The notes beneath the pieces are model-generated. The model did no database searches and was not told the origin of the DNA. It saw nothing but the letters and a program-made list of their open reading frames with translations. This document shows, piece by piece, positions 39,394-49,740 of a DNA stretch of 64,000 nucleotides. Source of the DNA: Escherichia phage vB_EcoM_WFbE185; the sequence record MK373778.1; one strand, written 5' to 3'. Every line of letters begins with the position of its first letter. The stretch's first letter is position 1. The position numbers and the translations under genes were made by a program.

Positions 39394-40254
39394 TTATACC
39401 GCCATTTTAGCTTTGATAACTGGATGTGATTCGTAATTTTTAAGAACGAAATCAGAATGTGTCATCGTTCCGGTAACCCAGTCCATTTGGATTTTTGTAG
39501 GCCAATTCTCAAAATTACTAGGCCAATCAATTTTAAGTTCACACAGTTCTTTAGGCTCACGACGTAAAACTTCTTTGCATTGCTCTATGTGGTTGCTGTA
39601 GATATGCGTATTGCCGCCTGAGAACACTAAATCACCAGGGATAAGATTACACATCTTAGCCACAATATGCGTCAAGGCAGCGTACGAGGCAATGTTGAAC
39701 GGCAAACCCAAGAAAACATCTACACTGCGTTGATACCATTGCAAATCAAGATGACCATTACGCACATTGAACTGATAGAACATGTGGCAAGGAGGAAGAG
39801 CCATTTGATTTATTTCGGCCGGATTCCAGGCAGAAACAATTTGACGGCGATCAGTTGGTAATTTTTTAATACGGTCGATTGTTTCAACTAATTGGTCCAC
39901 ACCACCGAAATCACGCCATTGTTTACCATATATAGGACCAAGTTCACCGCTATGATAACCAAGGTCTTTTGCCTGATTTTCGTAATTATCGTCCCAAATA
40001 GTTTTACCTTGAATAAGACTACCATGAGTACGAATACGTAAATCATTAACATTGGTAGAACCAGACATGAACCACAGTAACTCGGCAATACAAGCTTTCC
40101 ATGCTAATTTCTTAGTTGTTACCGCAGGGAATCCTTTAGTTAGATCCCAACGTAATTTAGTTCCGAACAGGGCAATAGTGCCGGTACCTGTACGGTCGTC
40201 TGTTTCGTAGCCATTTTCTAGGATATCATTAATCAGGTATTGGTATTGTTTCAT
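39394..40254 (-). CDS. td: thymidylate synthase (intron-less)
   Basis: 286 aa contiguous; active-site PPCH and TGTGT motifs; matches T4 Td exon product without the group I intron. Confidence 0.95.
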   Translation of the reverse strand: MKQYQYLINDILENGYETDDRTGTGTIALFGTKLRWDLTKGFPAVTTKKLAWKACIAELLWFMSGSTNVNDLRIRTHGSLIQGKTIWDDNYENQAKDLGYHSGELGPIYGKQWRDFGGVDQLVETIDRIKKLPTDRRQIVSAWNPAEINQMALPPCHMFYQFNVRNGHLDLQWYQRSVDVFLGLPFNIASYAALTHIVAKMCNLIPGDLVFSGGNTHIYSNHIEQCKEVLRREPKELCELKIDWPSNFENWPTKIQMDWVTGTMTHSDFVLKNYESHPVIKAKMAV

Positions 40255-40838
40255 TTATATACACTCTCAGTAATTTCGGTGAGTTCATCGATTCTGTAGT
40301 AATGAGATTCTACCATAGAACGTTGAAGCATAATATCCTGGACGAAATCTTTATCAAGTTGAACATCTGAATTAACACGACATTTCTTAATGATTTTAGT
40401 CATCACGATTTCATCGGCATAAGGCAATGCTTGTTTAAGTAGAGCAGGACCGCCGATAACAGATACATCAACATGTTCAGTAGAAAGTTTAAACGGTACA
40501 TCAGTTGCAGGGCTAAACAGGTTAATTTCACCACCTGTTACCAAGGTAATAAATTCAGATTGGGTGATATAGAACCGTGCAAGTTCATCAGTTTTAGTCC
40601 TAGGCAGTGTTCTGGCCATATCAGTGACAACCACATGAGTACGATCTGGGAGTAGACGAGGTAATGATGCAAAAGTCTTAGCACCCATAACCATTACAGT
40701 GTTTTTAGTGCGAGCAACAAAGTTACTCATATCTTGTTTGATATGCTTCCATGGAAGTCCGTCACCTAATCCAAAAGCATATTCCAGTTTATCATCAACT
40801 GTTTTAGACGAGGCACATGCGAATACTAATTTAAGCAT
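40251..40838 (-). CDS. frd: dihydrofolate reductase
   Basis: Start ATG MLKLVF with AAGGA RBS; matches T4 Frd (VIGGPALL..., C-terminal LTESVYK); ATGA overlap with td. Confidence 0.85.
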   Translation of the reverse strand: MLKLVFACASSKTVDDKLEYAFGLGDGLPWKHIKQDMSNFVARTKNTVMVMGAKTFASLPRLLPDRTHVVVTDMARTLPRTKTDELARFYITQSEFITLVTGGEINLFSPATDVPFKLSTEHVDVSVIGGPALLKQALPYADEIVMTKIIKKCRVNSDVQLDKDFVQDIMLQRSMVESHYYRIDELTEITESVYK

Positions 40839-41079
40839 TTTTAAGTCCTTTAATAACTTTTTGGATTTGTGATTTAGAAGAAACCAAATCAGTCTGGATT
40901 TGACAGCCATCGGTCGGGTCAAATGTTATAACACAAACGCGAGGTTTTGTTGTGTATCGCCCAGACAAATCAAATGCGTCGCCAATGAATTCGGCCAAAT
41001 CCGGATGGTCTAAATTAACTGAAGTATAAACTTCATATCCGACATCAGCGCCTTGAGAGTATTCAACAACAACATTCAT
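40831..41079 (-). CDS. hypothetical protein (frd.1-like)
   Basis: 82-aa ORF overlapping the frd start. Confidence 0.5.
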   Translation of the reverse strand: MNVVVEYSQGADVGYEVYTSVNLDHPDLAEFIGDAFDLSGRYTTKPRVCVITFDPTDGCQIQTDLVSSKSQIQKVIKGLKNA

Positions 41080-41081
41080 AA

Positions 41082-41330
41082 TTATTTCCTCAGATTTTTC
41101 TTAACAACTTTCCAATCAACTTTAAACGATTCAACATCAGAGTGGTGAATCCAGAATCCTGCACTTTCACCATCTTCGTAGAGTGGACATCCATCGCATT
41201 CTTCGTTCCAACCCATTTCACGTAAAGCTTCTTCAGCTTGTTCAAGGAGTTCAGCGTCTTTACCGACGATGTTGAAGTACCATTTACCTCTAACTTCCGA
41301 ATCTTTGATGCTCTGGCGTTGCAATCTCAT
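41082..41330 (-). CDS. hypothetical protein (frd.2-like)
   Basis: 82-aa ORF with early promoter at 41365-41394. Confidence 0.5.
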   Translation of the reverse strand: MRLQRQSIKDSEVRGKWYFNIVGKDAELLEQAEEALREMGWNEECDGCPLYEDGESAGFWIHHSDVESFKVDWKVVKKNLRK

Positions 41331-41364
41331 TTTATTCTCCTCTTCACTTTTATTTTATAGGGCT

Positions 41365-41394
41365 ACTATAACATAGCCCTATCTTGTTATAAAC
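41365..41394 (-). promoter_or_regulatory. early promoter (GTTTAT-N18-TATAGT) with -10 inside inverted repeat GGGCTA/TAGCCC
   Basis: Drives ORF 41082-41330. Confidence 0.45.
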
Positions 41395-41786
41395 TACTTT
41401 TTAAAAGTTTTTTGCAAAAGTTTGATGATTTCGTCGACGTTAGTTTCATCCACGATACAATGGATTTTTGTTACACCTAAAGTTATACCTTCGTTAGTAG
41501 GTTGAGGCTTTACTAAATCTACCTCAGTAAAGTATTTGAACTCGTCAGGATAAATCTCAAAATAAGTTTCAATTTCACCACCGGCAGAACATACAGTACC
41601 ATCTTCCATAGTTACACTTACTACGTTTGACGTATCGCTATCATAATCAGGTTCCATTCCGTTTACAACAAAACTAGGCCCGTGGAGTTCAATCAATTTT
41701 AACATCTTAGCGTTATTATGTGGTGCTTCTTGAACAAAGTCGTCTTTAAATAAAGGGTTAATGATATAAGATTTTCCGATTTCCAT
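41394..41786 (-). CDS. hypothetical protein (frd.3-like)
   Basis: 130-aa ORF with early promoter at 41816-41844. Confidence 0.5.
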   Translation of the reverse strand: MEIGKSYIINPLFKDDFVQEAPHNNAKMLKLIELHGPSFVVNGMEPDYDSDTSNVVSVTMEDGTVCSAGGEIETYFEIYPDEFKYFTEVDLVKPQPTNEGITLGVTKIHCIVDETNVDEIIKLLQKTFKK

Positions 41787-41815
41787 TTTGATTTCCTCAT
41801 GTTGTTGATAGGTCT

Positions 41816-41844
41816 ATACTAACACATCCAGGGAAGAAGTAAAC
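41816..41844 (-). promoter_or_regulatory. early promoter (GTTTAC-N17-TAGTAT) for ORF 41394-41786
   Basis: Immediately downstream of the gene 32 terminator. Confidence 0.45.
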
Positions 41845-41875
41845 AACTTTTTCGGCAATTTACAGATACTCAAAA

Positions 41876-41893
41876 GGGAGACCGAAGTCTCCC
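41876..41893 (-). terminator. terminator after gene 32
   Basis: GGGAGAC-UUCG-GUCUCCC followed by UUUUGAGUAU. Confidence 0.6.
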
Positions 41894-41899
41894 AATTTA

Positions 41900-42799
41900 T
41901 TATAGACCAGCTAACAGGTCATCGAGGTCGCCATCGTCAGAAGACGAGGAACTCATGAAGTCATCTTCAGTTTTTGCAGAACTAAAGGCTTCCATGTCTT
42001 TATCAAAATCGTCGAGGTCAGAAGCAACTTTATCTGCAACAGAAGCTGCGGCAGCTGCTGCACCACCAAGAGCGGCAGTACCAAGAACTTGATTAAATTT
42101 AGTATTCAATTCTTCAAACGATTTGAACTTATCTTTAGAAGTCATTTCAGAAAGGTCAACCATTTGTTCGAACAATTCTTTCTGGAAAGATTCATCATCA
42201 ATGTTTGGAATCGCAGATTGATTCAGGAATTTAGATTCGTCGTAGTTACTGAAACCAGAAACCTGTTTAACTTTCAGCACAAAGTTAGCACCTTCCCACG
42301 GGCAAGTTACATCAACAGGAGTTTCACCCATTTCAGTATCGACTGCAATCATTGCATTGATTTTGTCCCAAATCTTTTTACCGAAACGATATTTGAATAC
42401 TTTACCTTCATTATCTGGAGCTTGTGGGTCTTTAACAACCAGAATATTAGCCCAATAAGAAGTTTTACGTTTCAGTTGAGAATATTCAGTTTTGTTGGTA
42501 TTGTACAGGTCATTTTTACTAATGTACTGACATACAGGACAAGAGTCATAATCGCCGTGTGTAGATGAACAGGTTTCAATATACCATTTACCATTTTTCT
42601 TGAACCCATGGTTAACAAGAATTGTAAACGGAAGTGCGTCATCTGTTTTTGCCGGCAGGAAACGAATTACCGCTTGACCATTACCGGATGCATCGAGTTT
42701 CAGCTTCCATTCACCTTTATCTTCTGAAGAGAAACCTTTGTTACCATTCAGTTTAGCCATCTGAGCTGCGAGGTCTGCGGTACTTTTACGTTTAAACAT
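41900..42799 (-). CDS. 32: single-stranded DNA-binding protein gp32
   Basis: 299 aa; [36 protein letters not shown] and acidic C-terminus DLDDLL match T4 gp32. Confidence 0.95.
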   Translation of the reverse strand: MFKRKSTADLAAQMAKLNGNKGFSSEDKGEWKLKLDASGNGQAVIRFLPAKTDDALPFTILVNHGFKKNGKWYIETCSSTHGDYDSCPVCQYISKNDLYNTNKTEYSQLKRKTSYWANILVVKDPQAPDNEGKVFKYRFGKKIWDKINAMIAVDTEMGETPVDVTCPWEGANFVLKVKQVSGFSNYDESKFLNQSAIPNIDDESFQKELFEQMVDLSEMTSKDKFKSFEELNTKFNQVLGTAALGGAAAAAASVADKVASDLDDFDKDMEAFSSAKTEDDFMSSSSSDDGDLDDLLAGL

Positions 42800-42869
42800 T
42801 TTATTTGCCTTTATTTAGATTATTAATTAAATTTTACAGTTGGTTGCTACGACACTTATACCTCGTAGC
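42800..42869 (-). promoter_or_regulatory. gene 32 translational operator: 5'-leader pseudoknot plus A/U-rich unstructured tract
   Basis: Leader GCUACGAGGUAUAAGUGUCGUAGCAACCAACUGUAAAAUUUAAUUAAUAAUCUAAAUAAAGGCAAAUAAA-AUG closely resembles the T4 gene 32 autoregulatory leader (stem GCUACGA/UCGUAGC). Confidence 0.6.
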
Positions 42870-42879
42870 TGGTATGATT

Positions 42880-42887
42880 TATTTATA
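42880..42887 (-). promoter_or_regulatory. late promoter (TATAAATA) for gene 32
   Basis: Exact minus-strand TATAAATA 81 nt upstream of the gene 32 ATG, upstream of the operator pseudoknot. Confidence 0.55.
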
Positions 42888-42916
42888 AAGTAATTTTAAC
42901 ACACAAGAAATAAAGC

Positions 42917-43570
42917 TTAATACTTACATGATTTGATTGTTTCTATGAACAATTTCTTAGCAGCATTTCTATCGATTTGAAGTATTTTTCGATATGCCTT
43001 TAATTTGGTAGAATAATTTTGCCAGACTAAATTGTCAGTGAGTTCGTCGTGCTTATCTATAATATTCAAAAACGAGTCTAACAATAAGAAAGTCTCAAAT
43101 GAAATTATATTGCTTTGTAGCAATTTGAATATGTAGCTCGACTGAACGTTGTTATTATAATCAAATATCTCTTGAAGCGCACTAACTTCAACTTTCTTAC
43201 TGAAATAGTAGATGTTACGTACGTCTTCAGCAAACGTCTCTTTAGCTTGTTTGAGACGTCCAATATATTCCCTATAGAAAACTAATGCATCAGCGTCTGA
43301 TATCTCACCAATCCATGCGTCTTGGTTAGCAACTAAGTTGCTTATGAATATCAAGGTGAGTTCCTTCAATTTATATTTCTCTGCTAGTTTTTCAAAGAAA
43401 TATTTATCTCGGCGTTTTTGATACGCATTATCCGAAACACGCATGCACCAGTTATATTTGATTACGTCATACCGACCACCAAAGTGGTTTTTGCACATCA
43501 AGTATAGTTTATATACTGATTTACCGTTAATATAACGTTCTCCGTCAGGAGGCATGCGTATTTTAATCAT
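42917..43570 (-). CDS. 59: helicase loader gp59
   Basis: 217 aa as in T4; MIKIRMPPDGERYINGKSVYKLYLM... matches T4 gp59. Confidence 0.92.
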   Translation of the reverse strand: MIKIRMPPDGERYINGKSVYKLYLMCKNHFGGRYDVIKYNWCMRVSDNAYQKRRDKYFFEKLAEKYKLKELTLIFISNLVANQDAWIGEISDADALVFYREYIGRLKQAKETFAEDVRNIYYFSKKVEVSALQEIFDYNNNVQSSYIFKLLQSNIISFETFLLLDSFLNIIDKHDELTDNLVWQNYSTKLKAYRKILQIDRNAAKKLFIETIKSCKY

Positions 43571-44246
43571 AGTTCCATCCAGGCCATTTTGAAGATTTAA
43601 GTCTATACGTAACTAGAGATGCAGAAATATTAAAAACATCTGAAACTTCTGTGCATGATGAGTATTTTATACCATCAATAATTATAGGTTTTTGTTTTTT
43701 AATAGTTCTTTCTTTAGAATGCGGCTTTGAATTTGCTATTCTAAGAGCTTCTTTGGTTGAATCAGGCATCGGCTTATTCGTTTTTCGCCCTTTTCGGACT
43801 TTACTCAAAGCTAATTTATGAGCTTCAGATAGTTTCCTACCCTTATTAGGGGATGGTATTTTTCTTTCTAATCTGGTTTTAGATACTTTAGCCTTAGTCT
43901 CTTCAGATCTAGGTTTCCCTATTTTAGAAAGTGAAATAGCCCTTTTAGCTTCATCACTTTGTTTTTTACCAGGGCCACCTTTACCACCTGGAACCAGGTT
44001 ATAAGTATCAGTTCGCAAAACAAAATCTTCATTAACCAATTCTGCTTCTTTTTTATAGGCGTCCTTGGCATTATCATATTCATAAAGAACTTCAGTATAA
44101 AAATTTTTTAGCCCGTATTTAGCTTTGGCCGCTAATATAGCGCGACCAGACCCAATATACCAATCTTTCTCTTTATGTTTTTTGTGTACACCTATATAAA
44201 TTTTACCATTTATTTTATTGGTAGTTTTATACACAACGTATTTCAT
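43563..44246 (-). CDS. free-standing GIY-YIG homing endonuclease (Seg-like), inserted between genes 33 and 59
   Basis: 227 aa; GIY-YIG variant motif VVYKTTNKINGKIYIGVH; Lys/Arg-rich C-terminal region; overlaps the gp59 start by 8 nt. Confidence 0.8.
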   Translation of the reverse strand: MKYVVYKTTNKINGKIYIGVHKKHKEKDWYIGSGRAILAAKAKYGLKNFYTEVLYEYDNAKDAYKKEAELVNEDFVLRTDTYNLVPGGKGGPGKKQSDEAKRAISLSKIGKPRSEETKAKVSKTRLERKIPSPNKGRKLSEAHKLALSKVRKGRKTNKPMPDSTKEALRIANSKPHSKERTIKKQKPIIIDGIKYSSCTEVSDVFNISASLVTYRLKSSKWPGWNYD

Positions 44247-44581
44247 AATAAGAAATCTAACGTATTAGTTTTTTCACCACGAGCAACTGACGGGCGAAGC
44301 ATGTTTTCGTCAATTGCTTCGCTTGTAATTTTTTCAACAATTCCTGTAGGAATAAATTTAGCAAATTGTGTTTCTGGAATAGAATTTTCTTCCAAGAAAG
44401 CAGTTGTTGCTTCTAAATAAGACATACCAAATTGTTCAACCATGGATTCGATAATGAATCCGTTTTCTTGTCGGTCAAGCAATTTAGCGATATCATCTTT
44501 ATCGTGTTTTACTGCTAATTCTTGTTCAGATAAACCGGCCTCATCAACCGGTTTAATATCACTTAGTGAAAACTGTGTCAT
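44243..44581 (-). CDS. 33: late-transcription co-activator gp33
   Basis: 112 aa; MTQFSLSDIKPVDEAGLSEQEL...TNTLDFLL matches T4 gp33. Confidence 0.92.
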   Translation of the reverse strand: MTQFSLSDIKPVDEAGLSEQELAVKHDKDDIAKLLDRQENGFIIESMVEQFGMSYLEATTAFLEENSIPETQFAKFIPTGIVEKITSEAIDENMLRPSVARGEKTNTLDFLL

Positions 44582-44828
44582 AAAGCTCGACTACCTCTTC
44601 GTTTTCAGCTTCAAATTGATCACGAGCGTCTTTATGATAAAGAGCTAACAAACGATTAAACATTTTTCCATCGACACCAAGCTCTTCTTTAGCACGAGTA
44701 CGAATGTCTTTAATCAGTTCATTATATCCAGAAATTTTAAGTTTGTTATCGGAAGCTTCCTTGACTAGTTTAGCCAGTTCTTCACCGTGCACATCTTGAT
44801 TAAATTCAACCGCTTCTTTCTTAGCCAT
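44559..44828 (-). CDS. dsbA: double-stranded DNA-binding protein DsbA
   Basis: Start ATG MAKKEAVEF with GAGGT RBS; matches T4 DsbA (89 aa). Confidence 0.85.
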   Translation of the reverse strand: MAKKEAVEFNQDVHGEELAKLVKEASDNKLKISGYNELIKDIRTRAKEELGVDGKMFNRLLALYHKDARDQFEAENEEVVELYDTVFTK

Positions 44829-44835
44829 GTTTACC

Positions 44836-45753
44836 TCAGAATTCATTAATTACACTTGTTAATTTAGAAAGACCAGATTTTACAAAATATGAATAAATCT
44901 TGCCTTTAGGTTGTTGTTTATATGAGTTATAATACTCTATAATGGTTGAAGCAATATTATCAGGGATATAATCAAAATCAATGAGAACCAAATTTTCTTG
45001 ATACCGTTTATATTCTTCTGCACTTAATAATACTTCAGCTTGAGAACGGTCATTGGCAATTGCTTCAATAATCGATGTTTTCATGCTCGGAGTTCGTTCA
45101 CCATCAACTCTGGTAAACCAGAAGTCGCCACGAACTCGAACAGATGCAACACCATCCTTACGGTCACCTTTAAGAATTTTAGTCATGCAATCAATTTCAG
45201 CAGAACCATTCTTAATTTTAACCCATTTTTTCTGTGGTGGCGACCACTGTTTAACGTTAGGATATTTGTGTAATTGTGTAAAGTCACCATCTGATGCAAC
45301 AATACATACTTTATGTCCAGCTAATGACAAATATTTAGTTAATACACCGATATGGTCATCCGCTTCATACTTGTCAATATCCATTACAACGTATGGCATG
45401 TATTTCTTAATCTCATCAACAACTTGATGGAGTGCAGTAAAATATCCTTCCCAATCCCACTTTGAAGCTTCACGATCGGTTTTACGATTTTTCTTGTAAT
45501 AGTAAGCAAAGTCACGACGCCAATAACCCGAAGTAGCATTATCCATACACAATACAAATTTTGTATAGCCTTGCTTACGGAACATCACTACGTTTTTACG
45601 AATTGAATTCAAGATTACATGGCGAACCATCGGAACGGTAATTTTATCGCCGTCTTCAAAGTTGTTTAATGCGGCTGCCAATGCAATGTTACTAAAGTCA
45701 GCAAGTGCAATACCTTCTTTGTAATCTTCATCCAACATCATTTCTAGATCCAT
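44836..45753 (-). CDS. rnh: RNase H (5'-3' exonuclease, FEN family)
   Basis: 305 aa; MDLEMMLDEDYKEG... matches T4 RNase H. Confidence 0.92.
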   Translation of the reverse strand: MDLEMMLDEDYKEGIALADFSNIALAAALNNFEDGDKITVPMVRHVILNSIRKNVVMFRKQGYTKFVLCMDNATSGYWRRDFAYYYKKNRKTDREASKWDWEGYFTALHQVVDEIKKYMPYVVMDIDKYEADDHIGVLTKYLSLAGHKVCIVASDGDFTQLHKYPNVKQWSPPQKKWVKIKNGSAEIDCMTKILKGDRKDGVASVRVRGDFWFTRVDGERTPSMKTSIIEAIANDRSQAEVLLSAEEYKRYQENLVLIDFDYIPDNIASTIIEYYNSYKQQPKGKIYSYFVKSGLSKLTSVINEF

Positions 45754-45785
45754 ATGAACCTCTTGTTCAGTTAGTCAACTTGTCT

Positions 45786-45815
45786 ATAGTAACACACTCA
45801 TTTGAAAGCGTAAAC
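45786..45815 (-). promoter_or_regulatory. early promoter (GTTTAC-N18-TACTAT) for rnh, back-to-back with the gene 34 late promoter
   Basis: -35 ends 3 nt before the plus-strand TATAAATA. Confidence 0.5.
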
Positions 45816-45818
45816 TGG

Positions 45819-45826
45819 TATAAATA
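45819..45826 (+). promoter_or_regulatory. late promoter (TATAAATA) for genes 34-35
   Basis: Exact TATAAATA 30 nt upstream of the gp34 ATG. Confidence 0.7.
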
Positions 45827-45856
45827 AGTATTATTGAAACAATAAAGGAAAAACGA

Positions 45857-48800
45857 ATGGCCGACATCAAACGTAAGTTCAGAGCCGAAGACGGTCTGGA
45901 CGCCGGTGGCGACAAGATTGTTAACGTAGCATTAGCCGACCGTACAGTAGGTACTGATGGCGTAAACGTTGACTTCCTGGTACAAGAAAACACCGTTCAA
46001 GTATATGATTCTACGCGTGGATATAACAAAGGATTTGTTGTTCTTTATGACAACCGTTTATATCAAGCAATAAATGATATCGTGTCTCCTTCCGGGGCAT
46101 TTAACCTTTTACAATGGCGTGCAGTTCGTACTGATGCACAATGGATAACTGTCGCTTCTGGGACTTATCAACTTTCTTCAGGTGAATCTATTTCGGTTAA
46201 CACTGGTGCCGGTAATGATATGGTTTTCACGTTGCCAAATACGCCGGTTGATGGTGATACTGTTGTTTTGGCTGATATTGGTGGAAGAACCGGGACAGTT
46301 AAAGTACAGATTAACGCGTCTGTTCAGAGTATTTTAAACTTTAGAGGTGAACAAGTTCGTACAGTTTTAATGACGCGCCCACGTTCACAACTATTGTTTG
46401 TGTTTAGTAATCGTTTGTGGCAGATGTATATTACCGATTATGGTAAAGAATCAATCACTGTTACACCTGCGTCACCATATCAAGCACAAGCAAATGATTT
46501 TATCGTTAGTCGTTTTACTAGTGCAGCACCAATCAACATTACACTTCCACGTAATGCTAACAATGGTGATATAATCAGCCTAGTCGATTTAGATAGATTA
46601 AACCCACTGTATCATACAATTGTTAAAACATTTGATGATACAACGTCTATTGGTGAAGTCGGGACTCATATTGCCGAAGGCAGAAATGACTCTGACGCGT
46701 TTTTTGTTTTTGATGCTGCAAATAGTTTATGGCGTATATGGGAAGGCGACCAGAAATCGCGTCTTCGTATTATCCGTGCGGATTCAAATATTCGTCCAAA
46801 TGAAGAAGTTCTTATTTTTGGCACAAATAACGCTACAGCCGGAACTATTAATCTTACGCTGCCTTCCGGAATTTTGAGTGGTGACACTGTTAAAATTTCA
46901 ATGAACTACATGCGTAAAGGCCAAACAGTAAAAATTAAAGCTGCCGAAGGTGATACAATTGCTTCTTCTGTTGCATTGCTTCAGTTCCCTAAACGTTCTG
47001 AATATCCACCTGATGCTCAATGGGTCTCTGTTACTGAACTAGAATTCAATGGCACTACTTCATATGTTCCTGTATTAGAATTAGCGTATATCGAAGACAC
47101 CGTTGCTGGTACACGTTATTGGGTCGTTCAACAAAACGTCCCTACGGTAGAACGTGTTGATGCTGGAACTGATGCTACACGAGCTCGTTTAGGTGTTATT
47201 GCTCTTGCTACTCAAGCGCAAGCAAATGTTGATTTAGAGAATACTCCGGCTAAAGAAGTGGCTATTACTCCTGAAACGTTGGCAAATCGTACAGCAACTG
47301 AAGCTCGACGTGGTATCGCTAAAATTGCTACAACAGCACAAGTTAACCAGAATTCCACAGCAACATTTGTGGACGATACTATTGTTACGCCTAAAAAACT
47401 AAATGAGCGTACAGCAACTGAAACTCGTCGCGGTCTTGCTGAAATTGCTACTCAGGCTGAAACCGATGCTGGTCTTGATGACACAACGATTATTACGCCT
47501 AAGAAATTACAGGCCCGTCAGGGTTCTGAAACACTATCTGGTATAGTTAAATATGTATCAACTACTTCTGCTACTCCTGCTGAAACTCGTGGTACCGCAG
47601 GCACTAACGTTTATAATAAAACTGTAAATAATTTAACTATTTCTCCTAAAGCCCTTGACCAATATAAAGCAACTTATGCTCAACAAGGTGCAGTAATTTT
47701 AGCTGTCGATAGTGAAGTAATTGCTGGTCAATCCCAAGCAGGTTATTCTCATGCTGTAGTAACTCCTGAAACACTACATAAGAAAACTTCTACTGATGGA
47801 CGTATTGGTTTAATTGAAATTGCTACGCAAGCAGAAACTAATGCTGGGACTGATTATACACGTGCAGTAACACCTAAGACGTTAAATGATAGGAAAGCTA
47901 CGGAAGGATTATCCGGCATAGCCGAACTTGCTACGCAAGTCGAATTTGATACTGGAACTGATGATACTCGTATCTCGACTCCACTGAAAATTAAAACTCA
48001 TTTTGATTCTTCTGACCGTACCAGTGTTAATTCTGATTCCGGACTTATTGAAGAAGGAACCTTGTGGAACCATTATACTCTTGATATTTCTAAAGCAAAT
48101 GAAACACAACGTGGTACACTTCGCGTAGCGACTCAGGCAGAATCTAATGCAGGAACTTTAGATGATGTTCTTATTACTCCTAAAAAGCTTTTAGGGACTA
48201 AGTCCACTGAAACGTCTGAAGGCGTAATTAAGGTTGCTACTCAGGCTGAAACTGTAACAGGAACTTCTGCTAATACCGCTGTATCGCCTAAGAATTTAAA
48301 ATGGATTGTCCAGTCTGAACCAACATGGGCTGCTACTACAGCAATTCGTGGATTCGTTAAAACTTCATCCGGTTCTATTACATTCGTTGGTAATGATACA
48401 GTTGGTTCAACACAACCTTTAGAATCATATGAAAAAAATAGCTATGCTATATCTCCATATGAATTAAACCGTGTACTTGCTAACTATTTGCCATTAAAAG
48501 CAAAAGCTGCTGACGCAAATTTATTAGATGGTCTAGATTCATCTCAGTTCATTCGTAGGGACATTGCACAGACGGTTAATGGTTCACTAACCTTAACCCA
48601 ACAAACGAATCTGAGTGCCCCTCTTGTATCAACTAGTACTGCTACGTTTGGTGGTTCAGTTTCGGCAAATAGTACATTAACTATTTCTAACTCTGGAACA
48701 GCTACTCGTCTGATTTTTGAAAAAGGACCTCAAACTGGAACTAACCCAGCACAGACGATGACTATCAGAGTTTGGGGAAATGAATTTGGTGGTGGTTCAG

Positions 48801-49732
48801 ATACAACACGTTCTACTGTATTTGAAGTTGGTGATGAAACATCTAATCACTTTTATTCTCAACGTAATAAAGCCGGGAATATAACGTTTAGTATCAATGG
48901 TACTGTGATGCCAATAAATGTTAACGCTTCAGGCACGTTAAATGCGAATGGCATTGCAACATTTGGACGTTCAGTTACAGCCAATGGCGAATTCATTAGC
49001 AAGTCTGCAAATGCTTTCAGAGCAATTGGTGGTGATTACGGATTCTTTATTCGCAATGATGGCGGCAGCACATATTTTATGCTTACTGCATCTGGTGATC
49101 AGACAGGTGGATTTAATGGATTACGTCCATTATCAATTAATAATCAATCCGGACAAGTTACGATTGGTGAAAGCTTAATCATTGCCAAAGGTGCTACTAT
49201 AAATTCTGGCGGTTTGACTGTTAACTCAAGAATTCGTTCTCAGGGTACTAAAACATCCGATTTATATACCCGTGCGCCAACATCTGATAATGTAGGATTC
49301 TGGTCAATTGATATTAACGATTCAGCCACTTATAACCAGTTCCCAGGTTATTTTAAAATGGTTGAAAAAACTAATGAAGTGACTGGGCTTCCATACTTAG
49401 AACGTGGCGAAGAAGTTAAATCTCCTGGTACACTGACTCAGTTTGGTAACACACTTGATTCACTTTACCAAGATTGGATTACTTATCCAACAACCCCAGA
49501 AGCACGTACAACCCGTTGGACTCGTACATGGCAGAAAACTAAAAATTCTTGGTCAAGTTTTGTTCAAGTATTTGATGGGGGTAACCCTCCTCAGCCATCT
49601 GATATTGGTGCTTTACCTTCTGATAATGCAACAATCGGAAACTTGACAATAAGGGATTTCTTAAGGATTGGTAATGTCCGCATTATTCCAGACCCTGTGA
49701 ATAAATCTGTTAAATTCGAGTGGATTGAATAA
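45857..49732 (+). CDS. 34: long tail fibre proximal subunit gp34
   Basis: 1291 aa (T4 about 1289); late promoter at 45819-45826; T4 synteny. Confidence 0.95.
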   Translation: MADIKRKFRAEDGLDAGGDKIVNVALADRTVGTDGVNVDFLVQENTVQVYDSTRGYNKGFVVLYDNRLYQAINDIVSPSGAFNLLQWRAVRTDAQWITVASGTYQLSSGESISVNTGAGNDMVFTLPNTPVDGDTVVLADIGGRTGTVKVQINASVQSILNFRGEQVRTVLMTRPRSQLLFVFSNRLWQMYITDYGKESITVTPASPYQAQANDFIVSRFTSAAPINITLPRNANNGDIISLVDLDRLNPLYHTIVKTFDDTTSIGEVGTHIAEGRNDSDAFFVFDAANSLWRIWEGDQKSRLRIIRADSNIRPNEEVLIFGTNNATAGTINLTLPSGILSGDTVKISMNYMRKGQTVKIKAAEGDTIASSVALLQFPKRSEYPPDAQWVSVTELEFNGTTSYVPVLELAYIEDTVAGTRYWVVQQNVPTVERVDAGTDATRARLGVIALATQAQANVDLENTPAKEVAITPETLANRTATEARRGIAKIATTAQVNQNSTATFVDDTIVTPKKLNERTATETRRGLAEIATQAETDAGLDDTTIITPKKLQARQGSETLSGIVKYVSTTSATPAETRGTAGTNVYNKTVNNLTISPKALDQYKATYAQQGAVILAVDSEVIAGQSQAGYSHAVVTPETLHKKTSTDGRIGLIEIATQAETNAGTDYTRAVTPKTLNDRKATEGLSGIAELATQVEFDTGTDDTRISTPLKIKTHFDSSDRTSVNSDSGLIEEGTLWNHYTLDISKANETQRGTLRVATQAESNAGTLDDVLITPKKLLGTKSTETSEGVIKVATQAETVTGTSANTAVSPKNLKWIVQSEPTWAATTAIRGFVKTSSGSITFVGNDTVGSTQPLESYEKNSYAISPYELNRVLANYLPLKAKAADANLLDGLDSSQFIRRDIAQTVNGSLTLTQQTNLSAPLVSTSTATFGGSVSANSTLTISNSGTATRLIFEKGPQTGTNPAQTMTIRVWGNEFGGGSDTTRSTVFEVGDETSNHFYSQRNKAGNITFSINGTVMPINVNASGTLNANGIATFGRSVTANGEFISKSANAFRAIGGDYGFFIRNDGGSTYFMLTASGDQTGGFNGLRPLSINNQSGQVTIGESLIIAKGATINSGGLTVNSRIRSQGTKTSDLYTRAPTSDNVGFWSIDINDSATYNQFPGYFKMVEKTNEVTGLPYLERGEEVKSPGTLTQFGNTLDSLYQDWITYPTTPEARTTRWTRTWQKTKNSWSSFVQVFDGGNPPQPSDIGALPSDNATIGNLTIRDFLRIGNVRIIPDPVNKSVKFEWIE

Positions 49733-49740
49733 GAGGTATT

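Noticed and set aside
39394-40254. Group I introns and intron-encoded endonucleases (I-TevI / I-TevIII) in td and nrdB
   Set aside because: Both genes are single uninterrupted reading frames of the expected exon-only length; no intron present.
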